From Verrucomicrobiales bacterium (GTDB lineage: Bacteria > Verrucomicrobiota > Verrucomicrobiia > Limisphaerales > UBA1100), in assembly GCA_005809105.1 (NCBI GenBank), contig SYLI01000018.1, positions 195 to 64,194 of the forward strand: a stretch of 64,000 nucleotides of DNA. Reading direction: 5' to 3'. Shown here piece by piece: positions 45,856 to 55,250 of the stretch. Under the pieces are notes generated by a model. That model made no database searches and was not told the origin of the DNA. It saw only the letters and a program-made list of their open reading frames with translations. The position numbers were made by a program, and so were the translations under genes. Every line of letters starts with the position of its first letter. The stretch's first letter is position 1.

Positions 45856-47097
45856 ATGCACTGGATCGGCGCTGCGATGGAACAGGTCAGGGCGCAGTTT
45901 CCTGCGTTGCACCAGAGTGTGCGCGGCCGCCCCGCGGTGTTTCTCGATGGGCCGGCTGGCAGCCAAGTGCCGCAGAGTGTCATCGATGCGGTGGCCGGCT
46001 ACCTGCGCGATTGCAACGCCAATCACGGTGGCGCCTTCGACACCAGCCGCCGCAGCGATGCGTTGCTGGCGCGCGCGCACGAGGCCGTGGCCGATTTTCT
46101 GGGCGCGGACGATCCTGCAGGTGTGGTGTTCGGCGCCAACATGACCTCGCTCACGCTCGCCTTCAGCCGCGCGCTCTCGCGCACGTGGCGGCCCGGCGAC
46201 GAGGTGGTGATCTCGCAGCTGGAGCATGACGGAAACGTCACCCCCTGGCAGTTGGCCGCGCGCGAGGCCGGTGCAGTGGTGCGCATCGTCCGGCTGCAGC
46301 CGGATGACTGCACGATGGACTTGGACGACTTGGCCGCGAAGTTGGGCCCGCGCACAAAACTGGTGGCCGTCGGCGCCGCGTCCAACTTCTCCGGCACCGT
46401 CAATCCCGTGGCGCAGATTGTTCGCATGGCGCATGACGTGGGGGCGCAAGTGTTCGTGGACGCCGTGCACTTTGCGCCGCACCGCCTGATGGAGGTTTCG
46501 GCATGGGGCTGTGATTATCTGGTCTGTTCGGCCTACAAGTTTTTCGGGCCGCATGTGGGCGTGCTCTGGGGCCGGCCCGAGCGGCTGGCGGCTCTTTCGC
46601 CGCACAAGTTGCGCGTGGTGCCCGACACGCTGCCGGGCCGCTGGATGACCGGCACGCAGAACCACGAGGGCATCGCCGGCGTGCTGGCGGCCGTCGACTA
46701 TCTCGCAGCGCTCTCTCCGCAGGCGGGCGCAACGCGCCGGCAGTCTCTCATCGGTGCCATGGCGGCCATCGGCGCGCACGAGGCTGCGCTCACGCGGCAG
46801 TGCCTCAAGGGCCTCGGGCAAATCCCCGGCCTGCGCGTGTTTGGCATTACGGACGAATCACGAATGGAGGAGCGCGTGGCCACGTTTAGCTTCCGATCTT
46901 CGCGCTTGTCTCCGGCGGATCTGGCGCAGAGCTTGGCGGCTGAGGGCATTCACGTGTGGCATGGCAATTTTTATGCGTTGCCAGTGTCCGAGGCGCTGGG
47001 ACTGGAGCCCGAGGGCGCAGTGCGCGCGGGATTTCTGCATTACAACACAGCCGCCGAGGTGGACCGGTTGCTGGACGCGCTCAGCCGGCTGGCCTAA
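45856..47097 (+). CDS. Cysteine desulfurase-like class V aminotransferase
   Basis: PLP-fold motifs, with SAYKFFGPH containing the Schiff-base Lys. Start at ATG 45856. Confidence 0.75.
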   Translation: MHWIGAAMEQVRAQFPALHQSVRGRPAVFLDGPAGSQVPQSVIDAVAGYLRDCNANHGGAFDTSRRSDALLARAHEAVADFLGADDPAGVVFGANMTSLTLAFSRALSRTWRPGDEVVISQLEHDGNVTPWQLAAREAGAVVRIVRLQPDDCTMDLDDLAAKLGPRTKLVAVGAASNFSGTVNPVAQIVRMAHDVGAQVFVDAVHFAPHRLMEVSAWGCDYLVCSAYKFFGPHVGVLWGRPERLAALSPHKLRVVPDTLPGRWMTGTQNHEGIAGVLAAVDYLAALSPQAGATRRQSLIGAMAAIGAHEAALTRQCLKGLGQIPGLRVFGITDESRMEERVATFSFRSSRLSPADLAQSLAAEGIHVWHGNFYALPVSEALGLEPEGAVRAGFLHYNTAAEVDRLLDALSRLA

Positions 47098-47104
47098 AGC
47101 AAAA

Positions 47105-48121
47105 TCAGTGCGGCAGCAGCTCGATGCCGCATCCGGGCGCGTCGGGAAAATGGAACCGGCCATCCTCCACGCGGACGCCGGTGGCGGCGTCTGCGGCCAG
47201 CAACGCGGCCCCATCCAGATCCACGAAGTCCACGAGCGGCGCCATCTGGGCCGCGGCGGAGATGCCGACGGTTGACTCGGTCATGCAGCCCACCATCACG
47301 CGAAGCCCCAGCGCGCGCGCCTTGGCCACCATGCGCCGCGCCGGCGTCAACCCACCGCACTTGCAGAGCTTGATATTGATGCCGTGGAACCGGCCGGCGC
47401 AGGCTTCCACATCGGCCTCGCCCACGCAGCTTTCATCGGCGATGAGGGGCAGCGCGGACTCGGCAAACACGCGTTCCTGCGCGGTGCTGTTGGGCGGCAG
47501 GGGCTGCTCGATAAATTCCACTCCCAGCCCGGCCAGCGCGAGGGAGAGGCTCACCGCCTCCTCCTCCGACCATCCGCAGTTGGCGTCCACCCGCAGGCGC
47601 GCGGTCGTCTGTGCCCGAAGGGCGCGCACCGCCTCCAGATCGTTCGCCGTGCCGACCTTGACCTTGTACACCGGCCAGTGCGGGCGCTCGAGCAGCTTGG
47701 CCACCATGACCTCGACCGTGTCGATGCCGATGGTGTAGGACGACGCGGGCGCCGCCGCAGGGTCCAGCCCCCAGAGCCGGTGCACGCTCTGGTTTTGCTG
47801 CCGGCCCCAGAGGTCGTGCGCGGCGCAGTCGAGCGCGCTTTGCGCAAAGGGATGCGCGGCAAGCCACGGTGCCGTGGCCTCAAAAAGCAAGTGGGGATGG
47901 GTGAACGCGTGTGACTCGACCGCTTCCCGGGCGGATTCAAGCGCGGCGCGCACGCGATTAAGCGTCGCGTCGTAGTAGTCGTTTAACGGAGCCTCGCCGA
48001 AGCCGGAGTGGCCGCCCTCCCGCAGCTCGACGATGAGGGAGTGCTGCTCGGTGATCGACTCGCGCGCGATGGTGAAGGGATGCGCCAGGGGAAGCCGGTA
48101 CTCGTGCAGAAGCAGTTTCAT
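47105..48121 (-). CDS. Dipeptide epimerase-type enolase-superfamily enzyme (L-Ala-D/L-Glu epimerase-like)
   Basis: YKVKVG (KxK), VDANCGW, FIEQP, IADES, NIKLCKCGG (second catalytic Lys), DLDG. Start at ATG 48121, overlapping the upstream gene stop (ATGA). Confidence 0.8.
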   Translation of the reverse strand: MKLLLHEYRLPLAHPFTIARESITEQHSLIVELREGGHSGFGEAPLNDYYDATLNRVRAALESAREAVESHAFTHPHLLFEATAPWLAAHPFAQSALDCAAHDLWGRQQNQSVHRLWGLDPAAAPASSYTIGIDTVEVMVAKLLERPHWPVYKVKVGTANDLEAVRALRAQTTARLRVDANCGWSEEEAVSLSLALAGLGVEFIEQPLPPNSTAQERVFAESALPLIADESCVGEADVEACAGRFHGINIKLCKCGGLTPARRMVAKARALGLRVMVGCMTESTVGISAAAQMAPLVDFVDLDGAALLAADAATGVRVEDGRFHFPDAPGCGIELLPH

Positions 48122-49161
48122 GGCGTGCGAAGCAGTGCACGCACCGCCTCCACCAGTGGCGCGGCGCCGTCGCGGAAGATGTCGCAGGCCGGCAGGTTCA
48201 ACTCGCGCTCGACGCGCGCACGCTCGTCGCGATACTCCGCGTCGCCCACGCGGCGGCTGTTGATGGCCACGCCAATAAACCGGCAGGGGTGCGCCACGTT
48301 GGCGGTCGTGTGATAGAGCTGGATCAGCCGGTCCAGCGGCAGCAGCGGCACGTGGTTCAGGCCGTTGACATGGGTGCGGCCCATTTCGTAGCAAAGGATG
48401 AGCGCGTGCGGGGCGCAGCCGTGCAAGAGCCCCATCGTCACGGCGGAGTAGGCCGGGTGCGCGAGGCTGCCCTGACCTTCGACGACCACCACGGCGTGGT
48501 GCTGGTGAGCAAGCACGAGCTTTTCGACCGCGCCGTTGACAAAGTCGGAAACGACGGCGTCAACGGGGCAGCCGTGGCCCTCGATGAGGATGCCCGTCTG
48601 GCCGGTGGCGAGAAACTTGGCGTCCACGCCCAGCGCCTCAAGGCCGCGCGTCACCTCGATGGCGGCGACCATCTTTCCCACGCAGCAATCGTTGCCGACG
48701 GTGTGGACGCGCAGACACTTCTCGCGGAATCGGTCGCGACGCGCCACGTCTTGCTCGACGTTGCGTCGCAAGTCCACCAGTCGCACACCCTTGCGGCTGG
48801 CGGCAGCCGCAAATTCAGGGTCGTCACCGAGAAACTCGTGCAATCCGCTCTGCACTTCCATGCCGCGTTCAATGGCGCCGAGCACCGCCGCGCGCATGGG
48901 CCCGGGCAGTCGCCCGCCCTGTGGGGCGATGCCGATGAGCAGGGTGTCGGCCCCCGGCGGGGCGTCAGCGAGCGCGCGAATCACGGGGATGGCGCCGCCC
49001 ACTTGAAAGAGTTGCTGGGTGGTCTGCGGAGCGATGGTGGAATCAAGCACCGCCACCACTTCATCTGCGCGATAGCGGATGACGCTGACGGCCGTCTTGG
49101 CGTTGATGGGGTTGGACAACCCCTCGGTGAGGATGAGGATTTTGCGCTTGCGGCTCGTCAT
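48118..49161 (-). CDS. DUF1611 family protein (DgcN-like putative N-acetyltransferase)
   Basis: N-terminus ILTEG.....AKTA...IRY....VVAVLDS and the overall layout of DUF1611. Translationally coupled to the epimerase. Confidence 0.7.
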   Translation of the reverse strand: MTSRKRKILILTEGLSNPINAKTAVSVIRYRADEVVAVLDSTIAPQTTQQLFQVGGAIPVIRALADAPPGADTLLIGIAPQGGRLPGPMRAAVLGAIERGMEVQSGLHEFLGDDPEFAAAASRKGVRLVDLRRNVEQDVARRDRFREKCLRVHTVGNDCCVGKMVAAIEVTRGLEALGVDAKFLATGQTGILIEGHGCPVDAVVSDFVNGAVEKLVLAHQHHAVVVVEGQGSLAHPAYSAVTMGLLHGCAPHALILCYEMGRTHVNGLNHVPLLPLDRLIQLYHTTANVAHPCRFIGVAINSRRVGDAEYRDERARVERELNLPACDIFRDGAAPLVEAVRALLRTP

Positions 49162-49183
49162 GGCGAGTCGGCGGAGGATACGG

Positions 49184-49211
49184 CACGGGCGGCGGCTGAC
49201 AAGCGCCCGTG
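49184..49211 (-). other. 8-bp perfect inverted repeat (CACGGGCG-N12-CGCCCGTG) between ggt and the DUF1611 gene
   Basis: Read directly. There is no adjacent T-run, so it is not a classical terminator. It could be an RNA stem or a protein binding site. Confidence 0.3.
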
Positions 49212-49226
49212 TAATCGAGTTCCTGG

Positions 49227-50903
49227 TTAGTATCCGGCCGCGTGGCCATCTTTGCGCGACTCAGAGGCGCCGTGATACACCTTCTGGCCTTCGTCGCGCA
49301 GGATGGCTTGATAGCCGCCGTATCCGCCCTTCTGGACGCGCACGCGGTGCCCCTTCTTTTCCAGTGCAGCAACCATGTCGGCCGAAGGGCCCGGTTCCAG
49401 CCACACCACGCCGCCGTCGGTCATGCGCGAACCGGTGGGGTCGGAGCTGCCCGAATGCCGGATGCGCGGGGCATCGCCGGCGGCCTGCAGGCTCATCCCA
49501 AAATCGATGAGGTTCACCAGCACCTGCACATGGCCCTGCGGCTGCATGTCCCCACCCATCACGCCGAAGCTCAGCCACGGCTTGCCCTCGCGGGTGACAA
49601 AGGCCGGGATGATCGTGTGGAAAGGACGCTTGCCCGGGGCGTAGACATTGGGGTGGCCCTGCTGCAGGGTGAAGAGTTCGCCGCGATCCTGCAGCACAAA
49701 GCCCAGTTCGCCCGGAACGACGCCCGATCCAAATCCGCGGAAATTACTCTGGATGAGGCTCACCATGTTGCCTTGCGAATCGGCTGTCGTGAGATAGATG
49801 GTGTCGTTGCCGGGGAAGTCACCCGCGGGGAATTGGTTGGCAGCCTTGTCGGGTTGCACGAGCTTGCGGCGCTCCTGCGCGTAGGGCTTGGAGATGAGCC
49901 GCGCCACAGGAAGCTTGGCGAACGCAGGGTCGGCGTAATGCCGTGCGCGGTCCTCAAAGGCCAGCTTCTTGGCTTCCACAAAAGCGTGAATGTACTCGGC
50001 GCTTCCAAAGCCCATGGCGCGCACGTCGTATCCTTCCAGAATGTTGAGCATCTGCAGCGCGGCGATGCCCTGCCCGTTGGGCGGCAGCTCCCACACGGTA
50101 TGGCCGCGATAGGTGGTTGACACCGGTTCCACCCATTCGGACTTGTGCAACGTCAGATCCTCCTCGGTGATGAATCCGCCATGCGCCGCCATGTGCCGTG
50201 CGATTTCCCTGGCGATGGCGCCTTTGTAAAAAGCGTCGCGCCCTCCTTCGACGAGGGCCTGATAGGTGCGGGCCAGACGCGGGTTCTTGAATCGCTCACC
50301 AGCGCGCGGCATGCGTCCCAGCGGCATGTAGGTCTCGGCAAATCCGGGAAAGTCCCGGTAGGTTGCGGCTGCTGCGTTCATTTCCCCGGCGATGATGGGG
50401 CTCAAGGGCGCGCCCAGAATCGCGTAGTCAATGGCGGGTGCCAGCAGGCGCTTCATCGGCAGCCGACCGAATTTCGCGTGAAGCTCAAACCATCCGTCTA
50501 CGCAGCCGGGAACTGAAACCGGCAGCGGCCCCAGCGGGGGAATGGCGCTCAGACCCTTCTGCTTAAAAAAGTCCAATTTCAACGAGCGCGGCGAGCGGCC
50601 GCTGGCGTTAAGCCCCCGCAACGTCTGCGATTTTGCGTCCCAAACGATGGCGAAAAGGTCGCCCCCCACGCCACAGCCGGTGGGCTCCAGTAGGCCCTGC
50701 ACGGCATTGGCGGCGATGGCCGCATCCACGGCGTTGCCGCCGGCTTGCAAAATGGCAAGGGCCGTCTGGGTGGCCAGCGGCTGGCTGGTGGCGGCCATGC
50801 CGTTGGCGGCGATGACTTCGGAGCGGGTGGCGAAGGATCGATCTGCCGCTCCGGATTCCAAGAGGCCCAAGGTCATGCACCACGCCATGGCGAAAGTTTT
50901 CAC
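49227..50903 (-). CDS. ggt: Gamma-glutamyltransferase
   Basis: GGNAVDAAIA, the autoprocessing site NDTIYLTTAD (Thr nucleophile), and the GGDMQPQ block. The start is uncertain: GTG 50903 gives a signal peptide; alternatives are ATG 50888 and ATG 50981. Confidence 0.85.
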   Translation of the reverse strand: MKTFAMAWCMTLGLLESGAADRSFATRSEVIAANGMAATSQPLATQTALAILQAGGNAVDAAIAANAVQGLLEPTGCGVGGDLFAIVWDAKSQTLRGLNASGRSPRSLKLDFFKQKGLSAIPPLGPLPVSVPGCVDGWFELHAKFGRLPMKRLLAPAIDYAILGAPLSPIIAGEMNAAAATYRDFPGFAETYMPLGRMPRAGERFKNPRLARTYQALVEGGRDAFYKGAIAREIARHMAAHGGFITEEDLTLHKSEWVEPVSTTYRGHTVWELPPNGQGIAALQMLNILEGYDVRAMGFGSAEYIHAFVEAKKLAFEDRARHYADPAFAKLPVARLISKPYAQERRKLVQPDKAANQFPAGDFPGNDTIYLTTADSQGNMVSLIQSNFRGFGSGVVPGELGFVLQDRGELFTLQQGHPNVYAPGKRPFHTIIPAFVTREGKPWLSFGVMGGDMQPQGHVQVLVNLIDFGMSLQAAGDAPRIRHSGSSDPTGSRMTDGGVVWLEPGPSADMVAALEKKGHRVRVQKGGYGGYQAILRDEGQKVYHGASESRKDGHAAGY

Positions 50904-51028
50904 GGGATGGATGAGCCTCGCGCAATGCGCGGGCGGTGGCAACGGCAAACGCGCCCGACTCAAATCGGGTATCCAAGCCATGAAAAATACTGAATATCCG
51001 GGCGCACGTGGGAGCCTAAAAATAGGCG

Positions 51029-53890
51029 ATGAACCTGATGAATCCTCTCTGTGTCATTTTCATTGCAGGGCTTGTGATGACGCAGATGGCCGCTCCGGCG
51101 GCGGAGCCCCTGCACGTGCGCATCGACCGCGCGCTGGCGCAAAGCCAGTCCGGGCCGGTGGCGTTGCCGTCGGCCGACGAGGAGTTCATCAGGCGTCTGC
51201 ACCTGGACTTCATCGGGCGCATCCCGAGCGCCGTGGAGGCGCGTGCGTTTCTGGGCGACAACGCCACCGACAAGCGCGCCAAGGTCATGGATCGGCTCCT
51301 CTTGTCGCCCGAGCATGCGCGGCACATGTCGCGCACCATCGACATCATGTGGATGGAGCGCCGCCCTGAGAAGCATGTTAAGACGGCCGATTGGCAGGCG
51401 TATCTCATGCGCTCGTTTTCAACCAACCAGCCCTACGACAAGTTGGTGGCCGAGCTCTTTCTGGCCGATGGCAATGCGACTACCTCACTGCTGCCACGCG
51501 AACCGGCGCGGTTCATTTTGGATCGCGACGGCGAGCCGCACTTGGTGACCCGCGATGTCGGCCGCGTCTTTTTCGGCGTGGATTTCCAATGCGCGCAATG
51601 CCACGACCACCCCAAGGTGGATGACTATCTGCAGCGCGACTACTACGGGCTGCAGGCGTTTATCGCCCGCACCACCGTCTTCCAGCCCGATCCCAAGTAT
51701 CCTGCCATGCTGGCCGAGAAGGCCGCGGGCGAATCGCGTTTTAAGTCGGTGTTCACCAAGTATGAAGGCGAAACGCGCCCGCGCCTCTACGGCGCGTTCG
51801 AGTCCGCTGCGGTGGACGTCGCCCCGGGCACCGAGTGGGTGGTCGCACCCGATGACAAGCAGAAGAATCTGCGGCCCATACCCAAGGTCAGTCGCCGCGC
51901 CCAGCTGGCGGCCCAGGCCCCCGCCAACCTTGCGTTCCGTCGCAACATCGCCAACCGGCTTTGGTGGCACATGATGGGCCGCGGATTGGTGGAGCCTTTG
52001 GATGGCTTTAGCGCGGACAACGAACCCACCCATCCGGAGCTGCTCGATCTGCTGGCGAGTGAATTTGCCGCGATGAATTTTGATATGCGCGCCTTTCTGC
52101 GCGAGCTGGCGATGACCCAGCTTTATCAGCGCAGCTCGCGTCCTCCGCCGACGCTGACGCTGCCCACGCCAGAGTCCCTCGCCGCGTTGGAGGCCGAGGC
52201 GAAGGTGCTTGCCCCAAAGGCTGAACTCTCCGAGGCAGCATGGAAGAAGGCAGTGAGCGCCCTCAATCAAGCCGTGACCAATCGGATGCTGGCGGGAGCA
52301 GAGCTTGACAAGGCGGTGGCTGCGCAAGGAGAGGCGCGCAAGGCATTGGACGCTGCCGCCAAGGTTGCCGCAGACGCCACGACTCTGGTTGCCACCAAAC
52401 AGGATCTGCACAAGGTCACTGCCGAAGCCGCTGCCAAGGCAAAACTGGCCACCGACAAACTTCCCGCCGACAAGGAACTGGCGGATGCAGGCGCAAAGTT
52501 TCTGGCGCGCTCTCTCACATTGGCGGCTGAGCTTGCCGCCGCGCAGAAGGATTCCGACGCCAAGACCACGGCTACCAAGGCGGCCACGGATCGATTTGCT
52601 CTGGCCGAGAAATTCGCCAATGACAATCGAACCCGGTGGAACGGGTTGGATCAGCTGGTTCTTGGTGGCGACCGCGCGGTTCAAGTGGCCGCCTCCGAAC
52701 ACCAGACCAATCAGTTCAACCTCGCCAAGACCAAGCGCCGCTTGGATGACTCCAAGGCACTCGCGGAGTTTGTGCCGCTGGATGCCGCGGCACGGGCCGC
52801 CACCGCCAGTTTTCAAGCGGCCGACAAGAACTACGCCCCCGCCCGGCAATCCCTCACGAGCCTGCAGGCGGCCATTGCCGCTGCGCGCGATGGCATGGTT
52901 GCGGCGCAAACAAATCGGGATTCCACGGGCGCTTTGCTCCTCGAATTGCAGAAACAGGTTGCCGCCAAGGCCGACGGCGCCAAGGCGGTGACCGACGCGG
53001 CAGTTCTGGCCGAGGCCGCGCGGCTCAAGCTGCCCAATGACGCCGAACTGGCCGCCGCCGCCGCCAAGTTCAAGATGCGCGGCGAACAGTTAAACGCTGA
53101 ACTGGTGGCCCTTCAAAAACAGGTTCCCGACCGCGACAGCGCCGCCAAGGCCGCCGCCGAAAAACTGGCCGGAGCTCAGAAATTGCTGGCGGCGGAGGAA
53201 GCCAAATTGCCCGCGGCGCAAAAGGCCCTCGCCGACATCGAGCCTCAATGGAAGGCGCTTCAAGCGGCAGCGGCGGACTCCAAGGCGAAAGCCGACGCGG
53301 CATACGACCGGCTTTCACAGCGCTGGGCCACGAGCATGGCGACGGGGGTCTTCGCGCACCTCACGCCCGAACAGCTCTGCTGGAGCATTCTTCAGGGGGC
53401 CGGCACGGTGGACGCCCAACGCGTGGCCGCCGAGGCGGAGTTTAACCAGAAAAACCCGCTGCCGGCGGGCCAGCCCGAGGACGCCAACCGCACCGCCACA
53501 CGGTTGCGCACCGTGGAACAACTCGTCAATGACCGGCTGAAGGGCAACGAGGCGGTCTTCGTCAGACTCTTCGGTGGGGAAGAAGGCCAGCCGCAGGTTG
53601 ATTTTTATGCCACGGCCGAGCAGGCGCTGTTCTTCGCCAATGGCGGCACGGTATCGGCCATGCTGGCGCCCTCGGGGAACAACCTGGTGGCACGGCTGAA
53701 CCTGATGGCGGACGCCAAGGCAGTCGCCGATGAATTATACCTCACGGTGCTGACACGTAGACCGGTGCCCGATGAGTTGGCTGATGTGGAGCGGCAGCTG
53801 GCCGCGCGGCCCAAGGAACAGCGGGTGGCGGCCCTGCAGGAGATGGCGTGGGGGCTGATGACCTCGGTTGAATTTCGGTTTAGACACTGA
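51029..53890 (+). CDS. DUF1549/DUF1553 domain protein with a long central coiled-coil insertion
   Basis: Signal peptide. DUF1549-type RRLHLDFIGRIPS. CAQCHDHPKVDDY...DYYGLQAF block. C-terminal DUF1553-type tail (EFRFRH). About 380 aa of Ala/Lys/Glu-rich coiled coil in between. Confidence 0.8.
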   Translation: MNLMNPLCVIFIAGLVMTQMAAPAAEPLHVRIDRALAQSQSGPVALPSADEEFIRRLHLDFIGRIPSAVEARAFLGDNATDKRAKVMDRLLLSPEHARHMSRTIDIMWMERRPEKHVKTADWQAYLMRSFSTNQPYDKLVAELFLADGNATTSLLPREPARFILDRDGEPHLVTRDVGRVFFGVDFQCAQCHDHPKVDDYLQRDYYGLQAFIARTTVFQPDPKYPAMLAEKAAGESRFKSVFTKYEGETRPRLYGAFESAAVDVAPGTEWVVAPDDKQKNLRPIPKVSRRAQLAAQAPANLAFRRNIANRLWWHMMGRGLVEPLDGFSADNEPTHPELLDLLASEFAAMNFDMRAFLRELAMTQLYQRSSRPPPTLTLPTPESLAALEAEAKVLAPKAELSEAAWKKAVSALNQAVTNRMLAGAELDKAVAAQGEARKALDAAAKVAADATTLVATKQDLHKVTAEAAAKAKLATDKLPADKELADAGAKFLARSLTLAAELAAAQKDSDAKTTATKAATDRFALAEKFANDNRTRWNGLDQLVLGGDRAVQVAASEHQTNQFNLAKTKRRLDDSKALAEFVPLDAAARAATASFQAADKNYAPARQSLTSLQAAIAAARDGMVAAQTNRDSTGALLLELQKQVAAKADGAKAVTDAAVLAEAARLKLPNDAELAAAAAKFKMRGEQLNAELVALQKQVPDRDSAAKAAAEKLAGAQKLLAAEEAKLPAAQKALADIEPQWKALQAAAADSKAKADAAYDRLSQRWATSMATGVFAHLTPEQLCWSILQGAGTVDAQRVAAEAEFNQKNPLPAGQPEDANRTATRLRTVEQLVNDRLKGNEAVFVRLFGGEEGQPQVDFYATAEQALFFANGGTVSAMLAPSGNNLVARLNLMADAKAVADELYLTVLTRRPVPDELADVERQLAARPKEQRVAALQEMAWGLMTSVEFRFRH

Positions 53891-53939
53891 GCGGATTGTC
53901 CGAAGAGTCAATGACAGCGATGAACAGAACGGAGGCAAT

Positions 53940-55229
53940 ATGAAATGCACGTACGCATGCGGGTCGGCGGAACACACACTTGCCCGGCGAACCTTCTTGG
54001 GCGGGATGGCGGCTGGTGCCGGCGCCCTCATTGGCGGCTTGGACGCGCTGGCGGCGCCAGCGGCCGTGGCGCAAATGGCCAGAGAGCAGAAGCGCCTCAT
54101 CATCGTCCGGATGCACGGCGGCCTGAGCCAGCTTGAAAGCTGGGATCCCAAGCCCAACACCGACACTGGTGGGCCCTTCCGCGCCATTCCCACCTCGGTG
54201 CCCGGCATCCACATCAGCGAGCTTTTGCCGCACACCGCCAAGCAAATGCACCACCTGGCGCTGGTGCGGGGTATCAACACCAGGAATGATGACCACGGCA
54301 AGGGCACGTACATGATGGCCACCGGCCGCCACCCCGTGCCGGGGCAGAGCTTCCCCGAGTTGGGTGCCGTGGTGGCGCGCGCAATGGATCACAGCGGGCA
54401 GTCGCTTCCCGGCCACATCAACATCGCCGCCGGCGGCAGCGGCGGGCGCAACAACGACGCGGCCTACTTGGGCCCCAAGTATGCGAGCATCAGCCTGGGG
54501 GGCGCGCAGCCTCCGGCGTACACCACGCGGCCGGCCGGCGTCACCGATCAGACGTCGCAAAGCCAGGAGGATTTCCGGCGCCGGGCCAACGACCGTTTTG
54601 CCGGGCACCGGCGCACGGCGGAGACCGACGCCTATGTGCAAAGCTACGAACAGGCGCAGGAGCTGGTGCGGCAGCGCGAGGTTTTTGACTTGTCGAAGGA
54701 ACCGGCGAAAGATCACGAGCGCTACGGCTCGCATGATTTTGGCAAACACTGCCTCTTGGCGCGCCGGCTGGTGGAAAAGGGCGTCACCTGCGTCCAGGTG
54801 TCCCATTCCAACTACGACACGCACAACGAGAATTTCGAATTCCATTTCGAGCAGCTGGGCGAGTTTGACAAACCCTTCGCCACGCTGGTGGGCGACCTGG
54901 CCGACCGCGGCCTCTTGCAGCACACGCTGGTGGTGGTGCTCAGCGAATTTGGCCGCACCCCGCGCATCAACCAATACTACGGCCGCGACCATTGGGGTCA
55001 TGCGTGGTCGGTCTGCATGGGGGGGGCCGGTTTGAAGCGCGGTGCCGTCGTGGGCAAGACCAACGACAACGGCACGGCCGTCACCGACCGGCAGGTGGAC
55101 GCGGGGCACATGTTCCACACCTACCTGCGCGCGCTGGGCGTGAACTCCCGCCACCACTTTAGCATCGGTGGACAGCGGATCCCGATGGCCGATCCGGCAT
55201 TCGAGGCGATCGACGAACTGATCGCCTGA
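53940..55229 (+). CDS. DUF1501 domain protein (sulfatase-fold, Tat-exported)
   Basis: Tat-like signal RRTFLGGMAAGAGA. GGLSQLESWDPKP, VVLSEFGRTPRIN and GRDHW motifs. GGAGG Shine-Dalgarno 5 nt upstream of ATG 53940. Confidence 0.85.
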   Translation: MKCTYACGSAEHTLARRTFLGGMAAGAGALIGGLDALAAPAAVAQMAREQKRLIIVRMHGGLSQLESWDPKPNTDTGGPFRAIPTSVPGIHISELLPHTAKQMHHLALVRGINTRNDDHGKGTYMMATGRHPVPGQSFPELGAVVARAMDHSGQSLPGHINIAAGGSGGRNNDAAYLGPKYASISLGGAQPPAYTTRPAGVTDQTSQSQEDFRRRANDRFAGHRRTAETDAYVQSYEQAQELVRQREVFDLSKEPAKDHERYGSHDFGKHCLLARRLVEKGVTCVQVSHSNYDTHNENFEFHFEQLGEFDKPFATLVGDLADRGLLQHTLVVVLSEFGRTPRINQYYGRDHWGHAWSVCMGGAGLKRGAVVGKTNDNGTAVTDRQVDAGHMFHTYLRALGVNSRHHFSIGGQRIPMADPAFEAIDELIA

Positions 55230-55250
55230 GCGAGGCAGCCCATTCCTGCG

